A stretch of DNA of 64,000 nt from Conidiobolus incongruus B7586 (Eukaryota), in the NCBI GenBank assembly GCA_000697335.1, contig JNEM01009691.1, positions 1-64,000 of the forward strand. Direction: 5' to 3'. Position numbers and translations under genes: made by a program. Below are positions 11,045-21,891 of this stretch, in pieces. Each line of letters begins with the position of its first letter. The first letter of the stretch is position 1. The notes beneath the pieces are model-generated. The model made no database searches. It was not told where the DNA came from and worked only from the letters and a program-made list of their open reading frames with translations.

Positions 11045-13041
11045 GTACATATTATACATATTCAGTGACAATTTTAAATAAAATTGAAAACTCAATAATA
11101 TTGTCAATTATATAGCTTTTTAATTTGGAAGATGATTATTATATATTTTTGATCTATTTATTATTTAATATTTAATAATATTGATAATTTAATATAAATT
11201 CATTCAATTATTCGAATTATCTTTAATTGAATTTAAATAGGAAATGATTATCTATACACATTAAATTATATATTTCAAATTTTTGTTTTTGAAGGTTATT
11301 AATTTGTAGAATGTCACATATTTTGGTGTGAAACTGATAATGCAAAATTTAGCACATCTTTTTATTATCCAATTATTATTCAATAATTAACTTGGAATTC
11401 ATTATTCAATTGATTCACTACTTAAAAAAATATAAATCAACTCAAAAATCTTGATAAACATTTGGAGAAAAAATAATAAAATGTCAATACGTATATATAT
11501 ATTATAACAGTATAACAAGGTATTAAAAATTTTTCACATATTATTTTAATTGAAAATTTTATCATATTTGATTTAATTTCCTTTAGTTTTATTTAACAAA
11601 GCTATACACTTTGTTCCATATATAATTCATATTTTCAATTATATATTGAGTAATATAAAAATAATAATTAATTTTTGTTTATTTAGTTTTATCAACCCAT
11701 TATAATTTAATAAACGACAATTATTGATCAGATATACTAATTTATATTGATTTTGGTTTGAAAATTTAAATGGTGATTAATAATATAAATATATAAAGTT
11801 TAAAGATTAAATTAAAAAGCTTCAATTTATATAACTTGAATTTTCTTTAAAAAATCTTTAAAGTAGGTATTGATCAAAAATTCAACAAAAGATCTTTTTT
11901 CAATATGTATAAATTTAGTTTAGAAGATATATTTATCAACTCTTAAAAATAAATAATATTTGTACCAAAACCAATTAATAAAAATATCATCAAATCTTGA
12001 TCTAAATAATATTCCTATTAATGTTTAGTATTAAGTCTACACTACTATTGTTCAAGGAAATTATTATGTCAAGTATAATTATTATGTATTAAAGGATTTT
12101 AAATTTGTAGGTTATAATGGAGAATTGAATAAAATTATGTATCTTTGAAAAATCAAATATCAAATCATAATTCAGATTGTAAATCCTCTATTCGACATAA
12201 GCTGTTGAACACAATATGGGATTGATTTAGATATAGCTAGAGTATCTGATTTGAATATATATACTCCTTTAAATTAAAATCAACAGAATATATTGATATT
12301 ATGGTTGTTCAATATATTAAACTAATAATCAATAATCTGATAATAATCATTTGCCAAATATTACTCTTATTCATTTTCGAAATAGTAAACCATTAATATA
12401 TTATTATCAAGATTCATATGATTGATTCTAAATAAGGTATTCCCTTTTTTGAACTCCAACAAATTATCAAAAAAGGTTAATTTTTTGATTTTATTAGCTT
12501 TAATATATAATATACAATTATACAATTATTAACTTCAATATCTATAATTGAAATATTTATTTTTATAAGTAATATAAATCTGCTTTCAAACTCTAAACTG
12601 ATATATTTAGTTATCTTGAAAATATTAATAAATGGGAATATCTCATTTAAAAATACTAATATATAAAAATAACAGTTAAATTTAAAGATATAGCAATATT
12701 AATTTTTGAGAATTAGTAACAGAACAGTTAATTGTAAATACTAGTATTTAAAAGAAGATTTAATAAAAAATGAGCTATGTTTATAATATAGTTATATCTC
12801 TCTTATTATTATATAACTTTCAAATTACATCATATGACGATTGAATATATAATAACATAATCAATTTAAATTTATAATGTTGTTAATTTCAACAAAGGAT
12901 TTTAACTTAATTGTTTAAAATTGTAAATTTAATAGATTATCAAAGTGCAAATCTAATCAAATATAAAATTAATTTAAATAGGATGTAATGAACTTAATTT
13001 CAATATTTTTTAATCTATAGTTTTAATATAATATTATTATA

Positions 13042-13326
13042 ATGAAATTCAGTTATTTAGTAATTTTTCAATTGGGTATTATTTTAAGCCGACCTTTACC
13101 TCAAGGACCTGAAGAAATAATAGATAACATTGATATTCCAGAGATGGGAGAGCTATTCACAGTAGGAGGTCAGAATAATAACCAACGTATTGGTTATGTA
13201 GGCCCATCCTACAATAATATCAATGCATTGAAATCTGATACCGATAGTAATTATTCTAAGGTTGGTGTGGACGATGACAGGAAATCCATAGCCGAATCTT
13301 TGTTAAAATTGGCTAGTCAAAGTTAA
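13042..13326 (+). CDS. Small secreted protein (94 aa)
   Basis: Signal-peptide-like N-terminus MKFSYLVIFQLGIILS, higher GC than flanks, motif shared with the next ORF. Confidence 0.7.
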   Translation: MKFSYLVIFQLGIILSRPLPQGPEEIIDNIDIPEMGELFTVGGQNNNQRIGYVGPSYNNINALKSDTDSNYSKVGVDDDRKSIAESLLKLASQS

Positions 13327-14061
13327 ATATTAATTGCATATTATTTCATTCATTGCATTTCATTAATAAAATATTCATTACATAAATAGTATTTTGAATT
13401 TGGTATCAAAGCTATAGTATATATTTTGAACTTTGAATTATATATTGTTTTAAATATACAGTCAAACTTTTTTATTGATTAGATTATAAATCTACTAATT
13501 AATTAATATAATTATTTGACAAGTTAAAAGATAATCTCACTAATATAGCCTAATTAATTTATATGTCCTCAATCAAAATAAGCTTTAAAAGATTAATCAT
13601 ATTGGTCATAATATATCAATGAATTGGTATTTATTGAATCAATATAGTTAATTTAATCAGTCTTTTCATGTATTATATCAGGAATTGATTAGAGATAGTA
13701 TTTGAGTAAGAATAAAACAAGCGGTGTATAATATAATATTAGGTCAGTTGAAATCTCTTGTAATTCAGATCAATTATCAAAATTTAGTTATATTTTAATA
13801 TATAGAGTTGATGCCTTGAATATAATTATTGAGATTGTACAGTAAATCTGTTAATCTGAATATTTACTAAATTCCGGTAAATTTGTCAATAATGAACAAA
13901 AATAAAATTTCATCAGATTGACTGGAATAAATAATACTATAAACAAAATGAAAATCATTTAAGTTTAACTGATTCATTATATAAACTGTCAGTATAGTTT
14001 ATAGCTTACTAACAATTCATTCATCGATTCATTCATATATTCATTCATTTAACACATTATC

Positions 14062-14319
14062 ATGCAATTCAACATCATCATTGCCATTATTAACTTGAGT
14101 GCTCCTTTCGCTTTACCCCAGTACATGGTCAAGAGAAGTCCTGAATCCACTGCGGTTGGTTTGTTGAATTCCCATCAAGGAATTGGTGAAGGTTCTGCAT
14201 CGGGAGGAGGTGTCAACAATTTAAACGTCCAGAAATCCGATTCATCGACTGAGGTCGTTAGACACCGCGAAAGTCTTAACACTTTACAAAATGCTGGGGC
14301 TGTTGCAGCTACCCTATAA
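14062..14319 (+). CDS. Small secreted protein (85 aa) with a possible Kex2 site
   Basis: Hydrophobic N-terminus MQFNIIIAIINLSAPFA, LPQ...KR dibasic site, NNLNVQKSD motif. Confidence 0.75.
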   Translation: MQFNIIIAIINLSAPFALPQYMVKRSPESTAVGLLNSHQGIGEGSASGGGVNNLNVQKSDSSTEVVRHRESLNTLQNAGAVAATL

Positions 14320-14566
14320 TGAACATTATTATCTCAAATTAATAAATTACATCATTTTTATCCCAATTAAATTTAGTTAAATTAGAATTGGAAAAGCTGT
14401 TTGATATGTAATTTAATTTTTTCAAACAATTTCATTTAATTAATTTTAATTTATTCTAAGTTTCAAAACTTGGATCCAAATAATCCATTGATCAATATAT
14501 ATTTATTGCCCTTCCTCAGTTTTATTCATATTTTGGCTTGGATAGAGTAGTATCATCGTTTGAAAG

Positions 14567-16207
14567 ATGAAGTTTTCATCTATCGTGGCACTACAAATTG
14601 TTGGTTTTTGTGCCATACCAGCGATTGAGCCTGATGCTTCCGAAATGACCAAAGCCGAATTAATAGCTCATCCTGAAACGGGCCAGTCATCTGCCAATGC
14701 ACCAGAAAATCTTCCGATGGCTGCTGAAATGCAACATGATGAGATCAAACCTCGAAATGCTGATGGGAGCGCTCAATCAGATGAGTTTATAGATGTTTCA
14801 GAACTCTCTGCTCCCAGTCCTCAAGCTGTCATATCTTCAGGTTCGAATATATCCCCAACCTCAACTCCTTCTAATCCCAACGAAGCTAAAACTACACTGA
14901 TCCCCAATTCGAGTAGCTATCAACTTACCAAATGGGATAATACAGCTACACCCACAGCTGCTTCCGTTAACTCCAGTCCAACGGGAATGATGGATGTTTC
15001 ACAATTTTCAGCAACAAATACTCAGACCAACAAAGATGGAGGGATGTGGAATGAGCCCACTTCAACTGCAATGAATACAGATATATGGAAATCTACATCA
15101 ACATCTAATACGAGTAATTATCAAAAAACTAATTGGAATGCGCCCACATCAATATCACCAGCTATAGGCAATCCTGAATCTAATAATGTGTGTAATAGAA
15201 TAGCAATGGGAGATACTATTCCTAGTTCTGAAATGGTTCAATGTATTCCAGCAAGTTCAACGACACCGACAAATGCAGAAATCAAACCAGAATCCACTGA
15301 AACCATAAGTCAACCATCAAGTGATTTATCTGCAAGTGGACACGAGGTCACTGCCAATGGGCCATTGATTACAGAAATGTCCAAGATTGTGTCAGGTCCA
15401 GAAGATGAGTTCATTGAGAAAGCTGAAATCAAAATGGCACCGTCTCTTAAGATAGTATCCTTATCTCAAATTGAACCATTTTATCAGCGACAAATCTTAT
15501 TCCCTAGATCTTTATTACCCTACGATCTAGGGATTAAAGAAGCATTTAAAAACAAAGATTTTATACCTACTAATTCTATTCCTCCCAAATCTTTGACACG
15601 TACAAAAATATTCGATTTAACCAAAGATTTGGAACAAAAACATCAAAAATTTTCCGATATGATCCTTGAAGATGATTTAAAACCAATTAAAATTGCTCAA
15701 TCTCCGTTTCAATTGACTAAGGGAACCGATGCATCTAGTATGAATTTTGATGCCCCAGCGCCGTATATACTATCATTTTCACCATCTTTAAGCTATGATA
15801 TACAGCCTTTCCTCCGTCAACAAGTTAAAAATTCTGGACTCCATATGAGCGTTGTGCGTCGTAGGGAATTTAGCTCAGGTATAGATAGTCCAAGAGCAGC
15901 TATAGGCGCAAGATCTAAAGTGAACCAACAGAATTCAGATATGAAGTTAACTGCTGCAGGAATCCCGAAGCCGCATTTCATTAGAGAGTTTGAAGAGAGC
16001 TCAGAACATACATTTGATTCATCTAAGCAAAAATACAATATCTTAGAATCCAGCAATAACCTTATTATGAACTACGATGGACCATATAAATTCAATTATG
16101 ATTTGAATTTCCATCAAACTGACCCCATGATAGAAATATGGAATCCTTTACAAGCATTGGAACTTCCTTTAGCTACTCCTATTAACTTCAATGAAGAAGA
16201 GGATTAG
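14567..16207 (+). CDS. Secreted Ser/Thr/Pro-rich protein (546 aa) with an internal repeat
   Basis: Signal-peptide-like MKFSSIVALQIVGFCA, long intronless ORF, 67-aa-period duplication. Confidence 0.8.
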   Translation: MKFSSIVALQIVGFCAIPAIEPDASEMTKAELIAHPETGQSSANAPENLPMAAEMQHDEIKPRNADGSAQSDEFIDVSELSAPSPQAVISSGSNISPTSTPSNPNEAKTTLIPNSSSYQLTKWDNTATPTAASVNSSPTGMMDVSQFSATNTQTNKDGGMWNEPTSTAMNTDIWKSTSTSNTSNYQKTNWNAPTSISPAIGNPESNNVCNRIAMGDTIPSSEMVQCIPASSTTPTNAEIKPESTETISQPSSDLSASGHEVTANGPLITEMSKIVSGPEDEFIEKAEIKMAPSLKIVSLSQIEPFYQRQILFPRSLLPYDLGIKEAFKNKDFIPTNSIPPKSLTRTKIFDLTKDLEQKHQKFSDMILEDDLKPIKIAQSPFQLTKGTDASSMNFDAPAPYILSFSPSLSYDIQPFLRQQVKNSGLHMSVVRRREFSSGIDSPRAAIGARSKVNQQNSDMKLTAAGIPKPHFIREFEESSEHTFDSSKQKYNILESSNNLIMNYDGPYKFNYDLNFHQTDPMIEIWNPLQALELPLATPINFNEEED

Positions 16208-17629
16208 ATCATAATAAGTAAAACAAATTTCAATTAATAGAGTTATAAAAACCATAGAATCAATAAATAAAATCATATCTAACATTCATTTTAAGAATTT
16301 CTATATTTAATATTTATAAAATTGATTAATCTTGCATTAAAATAGTATTTGTTATTTATTAAAATTTGTTTAATTATTAAAATTAAACATACATATAAAT
16401 TAATTTTAATTAATACTTTACTAAAATAAAATAATTTTTAATCATAATATTATATCTATGAAATCATTAATAACTTTATTAATATAGTTCAAATTCAAAT
16501 ATTTATTTTTAATTATTAAAATATTCACATTATTAATCTTGAATAGTAATTTTTATAATAAAAAATTTTACTAAATTTATTAATCTGAGAATTTGATCAA
16601 AAAAAATTTTTTTTATATTGTAATATGATATAATTTTTAAAATATCAAAAAAAATTATATATTATTATAATTTTCATTTTAGTTTTAATATTAAATATAA
16701 TTCATTATTATATATAGATATAAAATTTTTTATTTTAATATTTTTATATATGATTAAAATAATATATATTCTATGAGATTATATTTTAATAAGTAATAGT
16801 TTATGAACTAAAATTTTTAAGAAAAGTCAAATATAAAGAAATATATATATATATATTAAATTATTTCTCACTATTAAATAATTATTTATTTAGAAATGAA
16901 TAATTAAATCTCGTATATTTCAATTAATCGTTATTCAAAATTCGTACAAATTAACCAATATTAATATAGTATAATTATTTTAATTTGAAATAGTTGAATA
17001 ATACAAAAAATATACTGGAGTAATATTGAGTAGTCTATAATATTAATTTATGATTAAAATAAACTATTATATTTAATTCCTAAAATACTAAATTTCAATA
17101 TATTGATCAGTTATTGAAATATTATTTAGTTTGATAATTAAATTTGATATTATTACCAAATTTTATTCAAAATTATTGATTAATTTAAAATTCATAATAT
17201 TACTAAATTTGGTATATTTTAGACAATGAATAGAAATACTATTTAAAATGTTGAAATAAATTATAGCTTGATGATTTATGAAAATTCTTCTTTGTCTAAT
17301 TGAAGTAAAAAAATGGAGAATAAAGACTAAAATATTTAGTACTATTGAGTTAAACAATGTTGATTTAGATCAACTGAATGGATGAAAAGTCCACAAACTT
17401 AACAGATTGCAATTTAGTAAAGTGTGGGGGACATTCCGAATTCATCTATAATCGGCATTGGAGGAGATGGGAGAAAACTCTTTATAAATGAAGATAATGT
17501 AATAAGATAATAAAAAATTCCCTCTCTGTATTTTATCCCAATTAAAATTGTTAGGATTATTAATATCATTACTCTTTTAATTGGTATTCCACTTTGATTC
17601 TATTGATTCTATTGATATATTAATTAGTT

Positions 17630-19177
17630 ATGTATTTAAAAACTTTATTTATTCAACTTCTACTTAGCCTGGTGTGTTCTGAAACTCATGTGGATAGTTA
17701 TAATGATATAGTTTTACCACAAGTGCGCTCTGACTGCCAGAGTAAAAAATGGGTTGATATACTGGTGCAATTAACACCGCCCACATATCCAAAGATCCCA
17801 TCAAATGTGGATTGGGCTCAAATGGACCATGAGCGCTGGTTTAGTCACAATGTTTTGCCCAAAATCATCAAGCACTGTGACAAGGACAGGAGGCCCGTCG
17901 TGGATAAACTCGAGCAATTCAGACGCATGGGTAAGGTCCATCGAGTCCAGCCCTACTACATCACCAATACTCTCGCAGTTCGATGTACGCCGGATGTGGT
18001 TGAACACCTTGCAGGCATGGATAACGTCAATGAAATCTCTTCCAACAACTGGTTCCGCATCGATTCTTTGTCTAGTGGAGATGAATCTGAATCGAGCGCC
18101 GGAGATGCTGACTGGGCTGGAACTTCTCCTCACTGGAGTTTGGAGTATATTAATGCCGCCTCTATTTCACCGGATATTTATGAAAATGCAAGTCTGCTCA
18201 GATATGCGAATGCGGACACTGGAGTAGATTTTGACCATCCCGCTCTTATTGAAAATTACATAGGTAATAATAATGGTCACATCAATCATGACCATGCTTG
18301 GTATGATGCAAACAAAATCCAGAATGTGACAAAGCCAAATGAGATTTGCGGCATTAATTCTCAAGTACCATGTGGTGACGATGACCATGGAAGCCATACA
18401 ATGAGTACGGCAGTGGGTCGCATGGGACTAGGAGTTTCTCCAACCACTAAATGGATGGCTTGCAAGAACATGGACCAGAATATTGGATCTCCAGAAACTT
18501 ATCTAGGGTGTCTACAATTCTTTTTAGCTCCTCATAGGCGGGATGGTACTGATCCCAGACCTCATTTAAGACCTCATGTTGTGGGGAATTCGTATAGCTG
18601 TGGGCCTTCAGAAGGATGCTCACCAAATACATTCGGACATGCTTTACAAGCATTGAAAGCTGCAGGTATACTTATGGTCGGTTCTGCGGGAAATAATGGA
18701 AGAAAAGGTTGCTCAACAATAAGTGACCCACCCGCTATCGATCAAAATCTTATATCAGTTGCAGCATCTAAGTATATGAGTAACGAGCGTGCCCCTTTCT
18801 CATCAATGGGCCCAGTCATTAGTCGTTCTTTTGCAATTGATATCACGGCGCCAGGAGCTAATATCACAGGAGCTGCCAAGGAAGGAAAATACAAGGTACT
18901 GCAAGGGACAAGTATGGCTGCACCCCATGTAGCAGGTGCTTCCTTGCTCATCATTGCTGCGTGCCCTCATCTATATCGTCACGTCGATGGAATTCGTGAT
19001 GTACTTCATCAAACAGCCACACCAATTTATCCTACAATGGGCTGTGGCAATGATGATGCAAATACACGGCCGAATAATGAATTTGGATATGGAATGCTGA
19101 ATGTTCAAAAGGCTATTGAAGCTTGTAGATCTCAGCCTGGATATCGACCAGGAATGCGACTGAATCCGACACTATAG
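17630..19177 (+). CDS. Secreted subtilisin-like serine protease (S8, bacillopeptidase F-like)
   Basis: Signal peptide and prodomain; catalytic triad ADTGVD (D codon 18215), HGSHTMST (H 18386), GTSMAAPHVAG (S 18911); oxyanion SAGN. Confidence 0.93.
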   Translation: MYLKTLFIQLLLSLVCSETHVDSYNDIVLPQVRSDCQSKKWVDILVQLTPPTYPKIPSNVDWAQMDHERWFSHNVLPKIIKHCDKDRRPVVDKLEQFRRMGKVHRVQPYYITNTLAVRCTPDVVEHLAGMDNVNEISSNNWFRIDSLSSGDESESSAGDADWAGTSPHWSLEYINAASISPDIYENASLLRYANADTGVDFDHPALIENYIGNNNGHINHDHAWYDANKIQNVTKPNEICGINSQVPCGDDDHGSHTMSTAVGRMGLGVSPTTKWMACKNMDQNIGSPETYLGCLQFFLAPHRRDGTDPRPHLRPHVVGNSYSCGPSEGCSPNTFGHALQALKAAGILMVGSAGNNGRKGCSTISDPPAIDQNLISVAASKYMSNERAPFSSMGPVISRSFAIDITAPGANITGAAKEGKYKVLQGTSMAAPHVAGASLLIIAACPHLYRHVDGIRDVLHQTATPIYPTMGCGNDDANTRPNNEFGYGMLNVQKAIEACRSQPGYRPGMRLNPTL

Positions 19178-20227
19178 TTCATATATAACATTATTATCAA
19201 ATAATTCATCCTTTTAAAAAAGATAATAATTGATCATTAATAATTTTACTAATCTTGAGCTTTCATAATGTCAAACGTTTTTGTAATCAATAATAAAGTT
19301 TTAATATTGATTAAAATTATCTTTCGTTATGGTGATCTTTGTGATCTTTGATTATTCATAAGTTTTATAAACAAAAATAAAATTATTATGTTTGGCTAAT
19401 ATTGATACTTTATGTTATATACATTATACAAATATAATTATAAAATTTGTTTAATGATTCACTATTAGCAGGTATTATTAATTTAATCAATTAATTGCTA
19501 ATAAACAATCAGAGAAATATATCAGATTTTTATTTTTGCTTGAGAAAAGATAATTTTTATTAAGATTTTGTTAATTGTTCAATATATCAATATTCCAAAT
19601 ATTTCTTGGCTCGCAGTTCAAATAGGATTTATAGTGCTGATCATCACAATCTCGAATTCCTAATTAATACGCGATTCATATTGCGAGCATATATCTCATT
19701 TTATACCTCCTTTTAAATATAAAAGCTCATCGTAATTAATAAAGAGTAATTTCATAGTCAAATTGATATGTGAAAGTATGGTTTAAAAACATAGGTCAAT
19801 TATTTACTATTAATAAATATATTTAACTTTTGGTTCAAAAATAAAGCTTTAACTGAACTTACAAAAGCAGCAATCACTAAAAAATTTTCTATTAATATAA
19901 AAGGTCAAATTTCAAATCTGCAAATTACCTTGATAACTCCATTCTTATTAATAAAATTGATCAAATTGAGTGTATGAAAAGATATAATTTCAAATCAAAA
20001 GTTAATAAATATCCTTGAAATCATTTTGATCTATTAATTAAAATGATTATATTATCAAACTTTATGCTTGATTTTTAAACTGTTTAAATACATCAATATA
20101 TCTTTTAATGATATAGATATTGACCTGTTAAAATAGCTGTTGATGCTTTTATTTCTTTATTACATGATTTAAATTTCAAGATTGATTAGAATAATATTCT
20201 AATTCTAAACATATAGATTAAGTATTA

Positions 20228-21511
20228 TTAGTATAGAAATTAAGAAATGGCAAATTTTTTAATTTCTGATCATTAACATATTATACATTTTGAAAGATTT
20301 TTTATATAAAAAATATATATGTAAATAAATAATTTCAAACTATATATATATTTAATTCTAATTATTTTTTTATTTAAATATTTTGATTTTAAAATTTATA
20401 GTTAAATTTAATTATATTTAAACTAAATATTGTTTATTAAAAGGCTTATATTTTTATATCTTTAAAACTTAATTATAAACCTTTTAATATCATTTAAGAC
20501 TTGTAAATAGCTTATGAAGATGATATTTTATTTAAAACTACTATATATTGTTAAATTTGTGATTTTAAAACTAAAAAGGATATTATTTAAAATTTATTAA
20601 AATCTAAAAGATTAATTTTAATTATCATTGTTTTATTTAATAATAGAATAAGTAAATATATTAATAAATATCTTTTATTTTAAATAAAGAATTATTAAAG
20701 CAATATAATATTAATTATACAAGTATATTATATATATTTAAGCTTAAATTTAAATTAATTAATAAAAATATAAAATAAATATCTTATAATTTAACAAAAA
20801 CTTAAAATAATTAGAGTAGCTATAATTAAACTAAACTTATTAAAATATAACTAAAAACAAAGGTTTTTATAATAAATACTTATAATTAATAAATTTTAAA
20901 TTTTTTTATATAATCTTTTATTTAAAAATAAAACAAGATATTAAATTAAATTAATTCTTGTTATAAATTTTAATAAATAAACACTTTAAATATAAGTAAA
21001 TATTAAATATTATAATATATTATAATGGTATATAGTTTTTTTATTTAATACCTCAAGCAAAATTAATATATAATAAATTATATATTATTTTTTTAAATAA
21101 AATAATTTTTAAATAGTATTCTTAATATAAATTAAAGATACTTATTATTTTACATGATAATTATAAATTATATAAAGTTAAAGCTGTAAAAAATTTTTTA
21201 TATAAAAAACTAGAAAGAATTACTATATTTAGTATATTTATTTAATTATAATGTATATAATTATAATTGTTTTAAATAATTAAAAAATTAACTTACAAGA
21301 AAAAAAATTCCTACAAAAAAATTAAATTAGTTTGTAAAATATTAAATTTTAGTCTTGGATAAAAAAAACTATTTTTTAAGTATTAGAAGCTTACTAAAAG
21401 TATAGAAAAGAGTTATTGATAATAAAAGAGAGTATTAATTTTATATTATTTATTAATTTATTTGTTTAATTTTAATTTTAAAATTGTGCCATTTCTTAAT
21501 TTCTACACTAA
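20228..21511 (+). mobile_element. Full-length but hypermutated mariner (DD34D-type) DNA transposon, 1284 bp
   Basis: 25-bp TIRs (20228-20252 TTAGTATAGAAATTAAGAAATGGCA vs 21487-21511, 24/25 match) with TA on both outer sides. Relic transposase motifs: D1 region at 20888, ILHDN at 21147-21161, W-ELPHPAYSPD..CDY at 21211-21264 and GIRSLP-VW-RVIDNKGEY at 21379-21435 after reversing transitions. Confidence 0.88.
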
Positions 21512-21750
21512 TAAATCTTTGAAATAAAAAGATTATAACTTTGAAAATTTTTGATAGTAGAATTTAAAATCTTAGAATATACTTTATAATGTCTATATAT
21601 AAAATGATCATTAGTTATATCAATTATTCCATTTTAAAAATTTATTAATTATAAATTTTTCAATTTGATATTATCTTCAAAATGTTATATAAAAGATAAT
21701 ATATGATTTGAAATATAAGCCTTAATTCTAAGTTAAAAATTTAGTATACA

Positions 21751-21759
21751 ATCCCATAA
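21751..21759 (+). promoter_or_regulatory. ATCCCATAA upstream element (DUF1115 gene)
   Basis: Exact 9-mer 133 bp upstream of ATG 21892. Confidence 0.6.
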
Positions 21760-21891
21760 TTTAATAGCTGAACTTTGTTTATATATCGTGGTTTGACACA
21801 AACGAAGCAGTGCTTTAAATAGTTTGATATATGCATGATTTAATCAATTATCAAAAAATCCTAAGACATTTTTTCAAGTTATATTATTGAA

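Noticed and set aside
16300..17100. Extremely AT-rich tract after the large secreted gene, possibly another hypermutated transposon relic
   Set aside because: I could not find TIRs or restore any protein motif, so it is not supportable by eye.
21786..21806. Small hairpin (GTTTG-ACA-CAAAC) upstream of the DUF1115 gene as a possible ncRNA
   Set aside because: Stem too short and no recognisable RNA family motif.
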